DNA of 62,752 nucleotides, filler included, from Nemertoderma westbladi (taxonomy: Eukaryota > Animalia > Xenacoelomorpha), in assembly GCA_032718475.1 (NCBI GenBank). It is 3 parts of 3 records of this genome, joined end to end, with 100 filler letters (N's around TTAATTAATTAA, not from the genome) between each part and the next. Parts side by side here need not be neighbours in the genome. Positions count along the whole stretch, not along the records: positions 1 to 30,735 come from JAUCBJ010000994.1; positions 30,836 to 52,617 come from JAUCBJ010000942.1; 1 more part is not named here. One strand, given 5' to 3'. The position numbers and the translations under genes were made by a program. Below the pieces are notes generated by a model. The model did no database searches. It was given only the letters and a program-made list of their open reading frames with translations, and had not been told where the DNA came from. This document shows positions 22,060 through 34,037 of this stretch, piece by piece; the first letter of the stretch is position 1, and each line of letters starts with the position of its first letter.

Positions 22060-24390
22060 GATATTATTGATCGACTTTACTAGAAAGGCATTTCCTAAAG
22101 GAAATGCAACCACGAAGCTAAGGAAAATTAAACACACTTTGACTCATCAGTTCATTGGTTCTAGTTAAAAGTCATATGTCTTAATACAACTCCCATCACC
22201 ATGGCAACTGGAGTTTTCTAGAACTGCTCGGTTTTACATTAAGATCCAGTTTGTAGTTTCGTGACACAAATTGACTTCAAGGAAGTTTCATTGAGTAGTT
22301 GATGTCCAAAATTAAGGATGTATTTGTTAAAACATCAGTTTGCAGTGGTTGTCTTGGAAACTGATAAATATTAAAACGTTAATTGGATGCAGAATAAGTG
22401 ATATAGTGGGGGTAGAGGCTGGTCCCAAGTCGTAATATCTTAATGTTATGGCTTAAGTGATTATTTTATAAATTTGAACATCTGTTTCACCTGGTTGCCT
22501 GTTAACTGAATTTTGTAATTGACCTCAATAAGCGCAACTATTGTCCTTAGAATTGAGTTGAAAAACTGCAAGTTTCGATCTATTATGGTTGTTGTACAAA
22601 TAGAGTTAATAATATAGACTTTAATGTAATAGATTTTAATAAACCGTAATAAACTCTTTTTTAATAAACTTAATAATTTCTAGAAGTTTTGAGTTTTTCA
22701 AAAAGTTCCACTACTACTACTACTAGGATCGGCATGCTGCATTGCAGCTGCATTTTTAAGAATGCTGTGCCGGCTTATCAACAAAATTGCACCGCCACAA
22801 CTCCCTATCACCCATGACATTTGCTAGATCATCCGCATCTTCAAGGCCAGTGTCCTTTAAGATGCGTCTCAAGAAAGTCATGGGCTGTCCACCATGCTTA
22901 TTCACTCCATGAGGCTGCCAAAGTACAAGATTATGCACTGGCTGGTCCTCACGGCGAAAGCAATGTCCTGCAAAGCGGAGGCGATTTTGTTCTAGTGTCA
23001 AGCTTGGGGGAACCAATGAGACACCTCCAATGTTATATAGTGTCTGGTTGGAGATGTGTGCATTGAACTTGACACAATGAACCCGGTGTAGCATTCTTGT
23101 GAATGTGCCGTCCAGGGATTTGGTGTCCTCAGCAGTTAGAGCCCAGCATGGACTCCCATAGAGGATTACTGGAACTACTGCTGCTCTAAAAAACCGGACC
23201 TTAAGTTTCCGATTAATTCTCGGTGACTTCCAAATCCTGGAAAGTCTATTCAAGGCTACCCATGCCTTGAAGTTCCAAATAGGAGTCCAGATAACAAATA
23301 CCCAGTTTCAGAGAATGTTATCGTTTAGTCTATGTACAAAATTAACAATTTTTGTGTCAAAACATATATTTTCAGCGGTTGCCATGGAACCTGAAAAATA
23401 GAACAACGTAATTCGGATGCAGAATAAGTTATATAGAGGGGGTAGGGATTGGTCCCATGTCATAATACCTTTAACTTTTGCTCAAAATTATCATTTTATA
23501 AATTTGAACATCTGTTTATCCTCGTTGCCATGGTAACTTGATTTTTAAATTTACCTCAATCTGTTCGTCTATGGCCCTTATAGTTGAGTTAAGAAACCCC
23601 AAGTTTATATCTATTATTACGGTTTTTCTACAAATAGAGTTATGAATATAGACTTGAATGATATAATCTGTAATAAACTCCAGTTACCACGGTAACTAGA
23701 TATTTCTGGAATGTTTTGCAAAGCAAAAAAAAAGTTCGAGTTCCACTAAAAGTTCCAACTAGTGGTCCATATAACTCATATCCAGTTTCGTAAAATTTTA
23801 TCACGAAGTCTATGTCCAAATGAGTTATTTTTGTATAAAAACATCTGTTTTCAGCGGTTGTCATGGAAACTGCAAAATAGAACAATCAAATTCGGAGGCA
23901 GAATAAGTTATATAGTGGGGGTAGGGATTGGTCCCAAGTCATAACACATTAACTTTAGGCTTCAAATTAACATTTTAAAAATTTTAACATCTGTTTAGCC
24001 CGGTTGACAAGGTAACTGGAATTTCTATTTAACCTCAATCGGCTCTGCTATGGACCTTATAGTTGAGTTGAGAAACCCCAAGTTTATATATATTATAGTT
24101 TTCCTACAAATAGAGTTATAAATATTGACTTGAAATACATAGACTTTTTTCTAAGTCCGTTGCCATGGAAACCAGATTTTTCCTGGATATGAGACCCATC
24201 CCACACGATGCGCCTCGACGAGTAGTATATACATGCAAAATTTCAGGGTACTTTTAAAGGCTAGTTTTTTCCGGAATCAAAAAACCCCAAATCTGCCCCA
24301 TACAAGTAAAAGGGCCCACTATGAATACACCATCTCAGCTAAGGAAAATCTTTCTTAGCGAAAGTAGTTGATTTTCCATAGCTTCGCGGA
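22060..24390 (-). mobile_element. Non-autonomous Helitron, copy 1
   Basis: Minus strand reads 5'-TCC...hairpin GCATTTCC-TTTA-GGAAATGC...CTAG-3'. Inserted between A and T without TSD (empty site CTTTA|TTAATCGCTCC near 1126). ~460-bp internal repeats. Confidence 0.88.
22711..23269 (-). mobile_element. 5'-truncated RTE-like non-LTR retrotransposon, insertion 1
   Basis: RT C-terminal peptide (IWKS..LKVRFF..VILYGS..W.LT..LDG.FTRML..RLRFAGHC.R), (TAG)n tail, TSD AAGTTCCA (22703-22710, 23270-23277). Confidence 0.85.
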
Positions 24391-24446
24391 TTAATCGCTC
24401 CTTAAATTAGTGGGAAGTTATTCATTCGAGTTCAATAGATAGGATA

Positions 24447-26093
24447 CTAGAAAGGCATTTCCTAAAGGAAATGCAACCACGAAGCTAAGGAAAATTAAAC
24501 AAAGGGCCACAATTTGGTTTGTTGCTTAGCCTAGTTTAGTAGCATTTGCCAATAAATAACTTATATTCCCATGGAAACTAGAATTCTCTGGAACTGTTGG
24601 TTTTACCTTTTGAAAAAAGATTCAGTCCAGATTGTGGTTCAGATAACACATACCAAGTTTCAGAAAATATTGTAGTTTATGTCCAAATTACCGATTTTCT
24701 ATCAAAATGCATCTGTTTGCAGTGGTTGTCATGGAAACTGAAAAATAGAACAATGTAATTCGGATGCAGAATAAGTCATATAATGGGGGTAGGTATTGGT
24801 CCCAAGTCATAATACTATTAACTTGTGTTTCAAATTATCATTTTAGAAATTTTAACATCTGTTTAGTCTTGTTGCTATGGTAATTGGATTGTGTAATTAA
24901 CCTCGAATGGATTGTATATGGACCTTACAGATGAGTTGCAAAACCCCAAATATATATTTATTACATTATTTTGCTACAAATAGAGTATTCAATTGAGACT
25001 TGAATGATATAGACTTTAATAAACTCCAGTTACCATGGTAACATTATGTCAAGTACAATGCACACATCTCCAACCAGACACTATATAACATTGGAGGTGT
25101 CTCATTGGTTCCCCCAAGCTTGACACTAGAACAAAATCGCCTCCGCTTTGCAGGACATTGCTTTCGCCGTGAGGACCAGCCAGTGCATAATCTTGTACTT
25201 TGGCAGCCTCATGGAGTGAATAAGCATGGTGGACAGCCCATGACTTTCTTGAGACGCATCTTAAAGGACACTGGCCTTAAAGATGCGGATGATCTAGCAA
25301 ATGTCATGGGTGATAGGGAGTTGTGGCGGTGCAATTTTGTTGACAAGCCGGCACAGCATTCTTAAAAATGCAGCTGCAATGCAGCATGCCGATCCTAGTA
25401 GTAGTAGTACCATGGTAACAAGATATTTCTGGAATGTTTTCAGTTTCACTAAAAGTTCCAACTAATGGTCCAGATAACACATTCCCAGTTTCGTAAAATT
25501 TTATCGCGAACTCTATGTCCAAATGAGTTATCTTTGTATAAAAACATCTGTTTTAAGCGGTTGTCATGGTAACTGCAAAATTAAACAATGAAATTCGGAC
25601 GCAGAATAAGTAATATAGTGGGGGTAGGGGTTGGTCCCAAGACATAACACCTTAACCTTTGGCTTCAAATTAACATTTTATAAATTTTAACATCTGTTTA
25701 GCCCGGTTGCCAAGGTAACTGGATTTTCTATTCAACCTCAATCGGCTCTGCTGCGGACCTTATAGTTGAGTTGAGAAACCCCAAGTTTATATCTATTATA
25801 GTTTTCCTACAAATAGAGTTATAAATATTGACTTGAAATACATAGACTTTTTTCTAAGTCCGTTGCCATGGAAACCAGATTTTTCCTGGATATGAGACCC
25901 AGCCCAAAAGATGCGCCTCGACGAGTAGTGTATACATGCAAAATTTCAGGGTACTTTTAAAGGCTAGTTTTTTCCGGAATCAAAAAACCCCAAATCTGCC
26001 CCATACAAGTAAAAGGGCCCACTATGAATACACCATCTCAGCTAAGGAAAATCTTTCTTAGCGAAAGTAGTTGATTTTCCTTAGCTTCGTGGA
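24447..26093 (-). mobile_element. Non-autonomous Helitron, copy 2
   Basis: Same termini (CTAGAAAGGCATTTCC... / ...AGCTTCGTGGA on the + strand). Confidence 0.85.
25044..25407 (+). mobile_element. 5'-truncated RTE-like LINE, insertion 2
   Basis: Same 3' end and (TAG)n tail; TSD TACCATGGTAACA (25031-25043, 25408-25420). Confidence 0.85.
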
Positions 26094-26094
26094 A

Positions 26095-27349
26095 CTAGAA
26101 AGGCATTTCCTAAAGGAAATGCAACCACGAAGCTAAGGAAAATTAAACACTCTTTGACTCATCACTTCATTGCTTTACAGAGTTAAGAAGCATGCCTTAA
26201 AAACTCATATTACCATGGCAACCGGAGTTTTCTAGAACTGCTGAGGATTACATTAAGATCCGGTTTGTGGTTCCAGGTGACACATACTTCAATTCAGTTT
26301 CATTGAGTAGTTAATGTGTAAAACAAAGGATTTAATTGTTAAAACGTCTGTTTGTAGTGGTTGTCATGGAAACTGAAAAATGCGACAATTTAAATTGGAT
26401 GCGTAATTAGTGATATAGTGGGGGTAGGGATTGGTCCCAAGTCGTAATACCTTAATGTTATGCTTCAAATAACCATTTTATAAATTTGAACATCTGTTTA
26501 GCATGGTTGCCCTGGTAACTGGATTTTCTAATTAACCTCAATCAGCTCGACTATTGTCCTTATCATTGAGTTGAGAAACCCCAAGTTTATATCTATTGCG
26601 GTTATTCTATAAATAGAGTTATGAATATAGACTTGAATGATATAATCTGTAATAAACTCCAGTTACCACGGTAACTAGATATTTCTGGAATGTTTTTTAG
26701 TTTCACTAAAAGTTCCAACTAGTGGTCTAGTTAACACATAACCAGTTTCGTAAAATTTTATAGCGAAGTCTATGTCCAAATGAGTAATTTTTGTATAAAA
26801 ACATCTGTTTACAGCGGTTGTCATTGTAACTGCAAAATAGAACAATCAAATTCGGACGCAGAATAAGTTATATAGTGGGGGTAGGGGTTGGTCCCAAGTC
26901 ATAACACCTTAACCTTAGGCTTCAAATTAAAATTTTATAAATTTTAACATCTGTCTATCCCGGTTGCCAAGGTAACTGGATTTTCTATTTAGCCTCAATC
27001 GGATCTGCTATGGACCTTATAGTTGTGTTGCGAAACCCAAGTTTATATCTATTATAGTTTTCCTACAAATAGAGTTATAAATATTGACTTGAAATACATA
27101 GACTTTTTTTGAAGTCCGTTGCCATGGAAACCAGATTTTTCCTGGATATGAGACCCGGCCCAAAAGATGCGCCTCGTCGAGTAGTATATACATGCAAAAT
27201 TTCAGGGTACTTTTAAAGGCTAGTTTTTTCACCTATCAAAAAAAAACAAATCTGCTCCATACAAGTAAAATAGCCCACTATGAATAGACCATCTCAGCTA
27301 AGGAAAATCTTTCTTAGCGAAAGTAGTTGATTTTCCTTAGCTTCGTGGA
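26095..27349 (-). mobile_element. Non-autonomous Helitron, copy 3 (head-to-tail with copy 2)
   Basis: Same termini; the junction with copy 2 is GGA-A-CTAG. Confidence 0.85.
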
Positions 27350-28533
27350 TCAAAATGCATCTGTTTGCAGTGGTTGTCATGGAAACTGAAAAATAGAACA
27401 ATGTAACTAGAAAGGCATTTCCTAAAGGAAATGCAACCACGAAGCTAAGGAAAATTAAACAAACGGCCACAATTTGGTTCGTTGCTTAGCCTAGTTTAGT
27501 AGCATTTGCCAATAAATAACTTCTATTCCCATGGAAACTAGAGTTCTCTGGAACTGTTGGTTTTACCTTTGAAAAAAGATTCAGTCCAGATTGTTTTTCA
27601 GATAACACATCAAGTTTCAGAAAATATTGTAGTTTATGTCCAAATTACAGATTTTCTATCAAAATGCATCTGTTTGCAGTGGTTGTCATGGAAACTGAAA
27701 AATAGAACAATGTAATTCGGATGCAGAATAAGTCATACAGTGGGGGTAGGTGTTGGTCCCAAGTCATAATACTGTTAAATTGTGCTTCAAATTATCATTT
27801 TATTAATTTTAACATCTGTTTACTCTTGTTGCTATGGTAAATAGATTTTCTAATTAACTTCGAACGGCTTGTATATGGACCTTATAGATGAGTTGCAAAA
27901 CCCCAAGTTTATATATATTACAGTTTTTCTCCAAATAGAGTTATGATTATAGACTTGAATGATATATAACTTTAAAAAAACTACAGTTACCATGGTAACT
28001 AGATATTTCTGGAATGTTTTGAGTTTCACTAAAAGTTCCAACTAGTGGTCCAGATAACACATACCTAGTTTCGTAAAATTTTATCGTGAAGTCTATGTAC
28101 AAATGAATAATTTTCGTATAAAAACATCTGTTTTCAGCGGTTGTCAAGGTAACTGCAAAATAGAACAATCAAATTCGGACGCAGAATAAGTTATATAGTG
28201 GGGGTAGGGATTGGTCCCAAGTCATCACACCTTAACCTTAGGCTTCAAATTAACATTTTAAAAATTTTAACATCTGTTTAGCCCGGTTGCCAAGGTAACT
28301 GGATTTTCTATTGAACCTCAGTCGGCTCTGCTATGGACCTTATAGTTGAGTTGAGAAACCCCAAGTTTATATGTATTATAGTTTTCCTACAAATAGAGTT
28401 ACAAATATTGACTTGAAATACATAGACTTTTTTTCTAAGTCCGTTGCCATGGAAACCAGATTTTTCCTGGATATGAGACCCATCCCACCACGACGCGCCT
28501 TGATGAGTTGTATATACATGCAAAATTTCAGGG

Positions 28534-30691
28534 TCCACGAAGCTAAGGAAAATCAACTACTTTCGCTAAGAAAGATTTTCCTTAGCTGAGATGGTCTATT
28601 CATAGTGGGCTATTTTACTTGTGTGAGGCAGATTTAGTGTTTTTTGGTCGGGGAAAAAACTAGCCTTTAAAAGTACCCTGAAATTTTGCATGTATATACA
28701 ACTCATCAAGGCGCGTCGTGTGGGATGGGTCTCATATCCAGGAAAAATCTGGTTTCCATGGCAACGGACTTAGAAAAAAGTCTATGTATTTCAAGTCAAT
28801 ATCTATAACTCTATTTGTAGGAAAACTATAATAGATATAGACTTGGGGTTTCTCAACTAAACTATAAGGTCCATAGCAGAGCCGATTGAGGTTAAATAGA
28901 AAACCCAGTTACCTTGGCAACCGGGCTAAACAGATGTTAAAATTTATAAAATGATAATTTGATGCCTAAGGTTACGGTGTTATGACTTGGGACCAACCCC
29001 TACCCCCACTATATAACTTATTCTGTGTCCAAATTTCATTGTTATCTTTTGCAGTTACCATGACAACCGCTGAAAACAGATGTTTTTATACAAAAATTAC
29101 TCATTTGGACATAGACTTAGCGATAAAATTTTACCAAACTGGGTATGTGTTATCTGTACCACTAGTTGGAACTTTTAGTGAAACTCAAAACATTCCAGAA
29201 ATATCTAGTTACCGTGGTAACTGGAGTTTATTACAGATTATATCATTCAAGTCTATATTCTTAACTCTATTTGTAGAAAAACCGCAATAGATATAAACTT
29301 GGGGTTTTGCAACTCATCTATAAGGGCCATAGTCGAGCAGATTGAGGTAAATTAAAAAATCCTGTTACCATAGCAACCAGGCTATACAGACGTTCAAATA
29401 TATAAAATGATAATTTTCAGCAAAAGTTAAAGGTATTATTACATGGGACCAAGCCCTACCCCTTCTATATAACTTATTCTGCATCCGAATTACGTTGCTC
29501 TAATTATCAGTTTCCATGGCAACCGCTGAAAACAGATGTTTTGACACAAAAATTGTTCATTTTGTACATAGACTAAACGATAACATTCTCTGAAACTGGG
29601 TATGTGTTATCTGTACTCCTACTTGGAACTTTTTGAAAAATTCAAAACTTCTAGAAATATCTAGTTACCATGGTAACTGGAATTTAATAAAATCTATTAC
29701 ATTAAAGTCTATATTATTAACTCTATCTGTACAACAACCATAATAGATCAAAACTTGAAGTTTTCAACTCAATTATAAGGACAATAGTTGCGCCTATTAA
29801 GGTCAATTAGAAAATTTAGTTACCACGGCAACCAGGCTAAACAGATGTTCAAATTTATAAAATGATTATTTAAACCATAACAATAAGATATTACGACTTG
29901 GGACCAACCCCTATCCCACTATATCACTTATTCTGCATCCAATTAACGTTGTTATATTTATCAGTTTCCAAGACAACCACTGCAAACTGATGTTTTAACA
30001 AAAATACATCTTTAATTTTGGACATCAACTACTGTACTCAATGAAACTTCCTTGAAGTCAATTTGTGTCACGTGGAACCACAAACTTGATCTTAATGTAA
30101 AACCGAGCAGTCCATGCTGGGCTCTAACTGCTGAGGACACCATATCTCTGGATGGCACATTCACAAGAATGCTACGCCGGGTTCATTGTGTCAAGTACAA
30201 TGCACACATCTCCAACCAGACACTATATAACATTGGAGGTGTCTCATTGGTTCCCCCAAGCTTGACACTAGAACCAAATCGCCTCCGCTTTGCAGGACAT
30301 TGCTTTCGCCGTGTGGACCAGCCAGTGCATAATCTTGTACTTTGGCAGTCTCATAGAGTGAATAAGCATGGTGGACATCCCATGACTTTCTTGAGACGCA
30401 TCTTAAAGGAACCTGGCCTTGAAGATGCGGATGATCTAGCAAATGTCATGGGTGATAGGGAGTTGTGGCGGGGCAATTTTGTCGATAAGCCGGCACAGCA
30501 TTCTTAAAAATGCAGCTGCAACGCAGCATGCCGATCCTAGAGCAGTTCTAGAAAACTCCAGTTGCCATGGTAATGGGAGCTTAACTAAGACATATGACTT
30601 TTAACCAGGTAAACAAATGAACTGATGAGTCAAGTGTGTTTAATTTTACTTAGCTTCGTGGTTGCAGTTCCTTAAGGAAATGCCTTTCTAG
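28534..30691 (+). mobile_element. Non-autonomous Helitron, copy 5, nested in opposite orientation
   Basis: Starts TCCACGAAGCTAAGG and ends GGAAATGCCTTTCTAG. Inserted at G|T with no TSD. Confidence 0.88.
30112..30539 (+). mobile_element. 5'-truncated RTE-like LINE, insertion 3
   Basis: Same 3' end; TSD GAGCAGT (30105-30111, 30540-30546). Confidence 0.82.
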
Positions 30692-30735
30692 TACTTTTAA
30701 AGGCTAGTTTTTTCCCCGACCAAAAAACCCCAAAT

Positions 30736-30835
30736 NNNNNNNNNNNNNNNNNNNNNNNNNNNNNNNNNNNNNNNNNNNNTTAATTAATTAANNNNNNNNN
30801 NNNNNNNNNNNNNNNNNNNNNNNNNNNNNNNNNNN
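30736..30835. other. Assembly gap with artificial TTAATTAATTAA spacer
   Basis: 44 N, then TTAATTAATTAA, then 44 N. Confidence 0.98.
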
Positions 30836-33029
30836 AGCACGAGGTCCAGTTATGAGATACAAATTAAAATTAAGCGACTGTATCACAAAATCAGGTTTTG
30901 AGAAATTTACCCACACCACCAATCAATCAAAGAAAGGGGGACAGTACGTGTTCACACCTTTTAATCCCCCCCCCCCCCCCCCCCCCCACCCTTCTCAACC
31001 ACCAATACATAACCGTGACATCTACCACCCACGGAAGGGTAGAACGAACTTATTTCCAATCGCACGTTAAATATGCAAAGCCAGGTGGTGTATATGAATA
31101 TAATCAACGCCGTACTCGTCTTAATTATTATAAGCGTCGTTCAATCGTTGCGCTCGTCCAGAGTAAGTCCCCCCCCCCCCCCCCCCCCCCCCCTATCAGA
31201 AAGATTTACTCAACAAAAAATAGTGTAAATAAATAAACAACTACAAGGATAAGAGGTCATGTGTAGGAAAGCTAATCAGACGATACCTTTACTAATATAT
31301 TGAGCTGCATTGATCTATACATAGTAATGTTGGGTGATGGGGGGGGGGGGGGGGGGGGGGTGAGGGGTAGGGGGTGTCTGGGTGGGTTGTTAGTATTAGG
31401 GTGCACAATATCGACGCACGCGCAGGAATGTGTTGATGTTTAATAGCACCGCATTCCCGCGTTAGAAAGCATCCCCAATTGGAATAAATAAATAAATTAA
31501 ACGCGTTTCGTTATGTTCCTCGACTTATATTATTCTCTCCACGGACGAGTTATTAGCTGCTAGACAGGTAGACCTAGTCCCCCACAACAACGGTCATACC
31601 TTCAATCAATCAATCAATTGAGCTCATATGAGCTCGTATATTAGTTTTATTTATAAATTGAAATCTCACGAATTAATAGGCCTATTAGCTGATTAGTGAA
31701 CTATCATATGTTAGACCATATATATATATTATATATTGGACCTTATCAAAATAGCGGTTGTACTGGGGCGGTATATGTTGTTCTCTAACCCACTGCAAGC
31801 GCATTTGAGGGGCCGGTATGTTTTAATAACTTCTGGTACAACGGGATGCAGTATTACAGCGCCAAGTAGATTTAATCTGATCAGAATATTCCGGACGCTA
31901 AGTTCATGTCATTCCCGATAAGTCGGGACTTTACAAAACTCGTGGATAAAACCGCGTGTAGCAGAGAGCAGATAAATTGGGTTGAATTGCAAAACAGAAT
32001 AATATGGAACTGTAAGTGGAACTGCGGCGATTTGGGTTTTTTTGTTATGGTGAATAGTCAGCCTGTCCGCGATATGTTCAGCTGCCCTTTTTAATGGGTT
32101 GCAGGTACAAATGAAATACACATTGCAGTTACTAAAATAAAAGTGGCGCATATTATTGTACATTTACAACAACAATTATATAAATGCAATATGCCTGATC
32201 CCTATTAATGTACTTTGTACCGCCAATTCTGTAATTCAATAACGCAAAGCCGCGTTTACTGTACAGCAGCACGTAATATATTTGATACTTATTATACTAA
32301 CTAAACTAACAAACCGCAAGGCCTACTTACCGAAATAAATTAACTTTCAGTTAAATACAATATACTTGTTTGCTCTGTAAAAATTTTAATTAAAAACAAT
32401 CCTGCCATTTAATATACCTAATTAGCATGGTTGCGTAAGCAGTATGAATTGGAATGAAATTGTGAAATAATTTATTTAAACTATTATGTACATTTAGATT
32501 AAATAATAATACAGTAAGTTGGCCTACAGAAATAAACATTGATATTCGGAACAGTAAAACAATTATTTATTTCATTCATTCAACTAACCAGAGAGACTCA
32601 TAGCTCCAGTGAATATTAACATCCCGACGTTACTTTAGTAATAATATTAATGTCATTGAACCCGATACACACACACCTCCAATCAGCCAGTTCAATGGAG
32701 AGTGAGTGAATGGATGGCTACTAGCAGCAGCAGCAGTCTGCCTCTTACAAGCAAGGCTGACTGAATACCTCAAGTGTTGCTGGGAATCAAGCCAACTTGG
32801 ATGTTAACCAATAAATGAGCAGTATTTAATGAGAATACATTTTTTATGCCGGTTTAATTACTTTAGATCAATTAAAGACACGATTATTAAAGCAAATCAC
32901 TTGAACTAATTAAAAACTATAATAGAATGGAGTATGCGGATTACATCTGTATATTTTTTAAGTATAATTATTGAAGTCTTATACTGTAAAACAATTAATT
33001 TCCTTTAAAAGGCAGGTTGAAAATGGTGT

Positions 33030-33285
33030 TTTTACCGTAATCAACTTAATTAACTAATTAACTGCTATTATCTTAGCTTCTCGAAGGCCACACGGAAATT
33101 CTACTTGGAAAATTTCTAAACTTTTGCCATACAACATGTGTACCAAGTTTGGATAGATTTCATCAAAGATTGGCCGAGTTATTAACGTTTAAAATTGAAC
33201 ACGACAGAACGACAGAACGACAGAACGACAGGTTGATTAATGGTACCACTACGCTAAGGCTCACTCACTTCGTGGCTCGCCCCAC
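33030..33285 (+). mobile_element. Short interspersed repeat with (CGACAGAA)n microsatellite, HINE/DINE-like
   Basis: CGACAGAA x3-4 at 33202-33231, followed by a GC-rich terminal motif. Confidence 0.3.
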
Positions 33286-33764
33286 AGGTAGATGATATAA
33301 TACATAATTTATAAGTAAGACCTCATTAAATTTCAATTTATTAAAGAAATTAATACTGATAAATAAATAATTTTTTTATTAATTAACTTAATTACCGTAC
33401 CTATTGTATCATACATAATAATATTTTACCAGATTAATTATTAGATTTAAAATTATATCTAGAAATGTTTGTGGTACAATGGTGCAACATACATACTACG
33501 GTACATACTATGAAACTGAAAGTTATATCGCTGACAGTCCCTAAACTTAGGCTACAGTACCGGTATGTATTTATTATGTAAGCTAAGCTAAGAGGTATAG
33601 GCCTATAGCAGCTGTACTGCAGCAGACTGTCAGACCTTTGCACTTTGCGGGCTTACTGCATAGCTACGGCTTGCTCGCTTATTATTATTATTATATGCTT
33701 AACTGTTAACTAACTACATAATTAAGGCCTAACTACTGTACCGTACCGGTATTTGCATTAAATG

Positions 33765-34037
33765 AACGGGATCCGCTCTTTTCAAATTTGTAAACAGCGG
33801 ACACCATAAGAGACATGTAAAGGATATTTAATAATGTCTATGGGATGCGCTGCCTTAATGGTTTGCTATGGGATCCGCGTTTTACAAATTTGTATAATGC
33901 GGATACCATAGACTATTATTGGATCCGCGGATCCGTGGTTTCTAGGATCCGCGGATCCTACTGGGATCCGTCATTGCTTCTATGGTATCCGCAACAGGAT
34001 CCGCGGATTTTGCTGGGATCCTCGTTTTACAAGGGTA
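33765..34037. repeat. GGATCCGC-rich subterminal repeat cluster (probable transposon end)
   Basis: About ten GGATCC(GC) motifs in both orientations within 270 bp. Confidence 0.5.

Larger units (their letters stand above)
27407..30735 (-). mobile_element. Non-autonomous Helitron, copy 4 (interrupted by copy 5, runs into the gap)
   Basis: CTAG end at 27407 follows AATGTAA, an A|T site of the internal repeat. The sequence breaks at CAGGG (28533) and resumes with TACTTTTAAAGG at 30692. Confidence 0.8.

Noticed and set aside
30615-30660. Hammerhead ribozyme (CTGATGAG core) in the Helitron
   Set aside because: No stem II closing and no properly placed GAAA; the core is not conserved in copy 3.
30780-30791. 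TTAATTAATTAA as a biological motif (also 52662-52673)
   Set aside because: Centred in N-runs of fixed length; an artificial six-frame-stop gap spacer.
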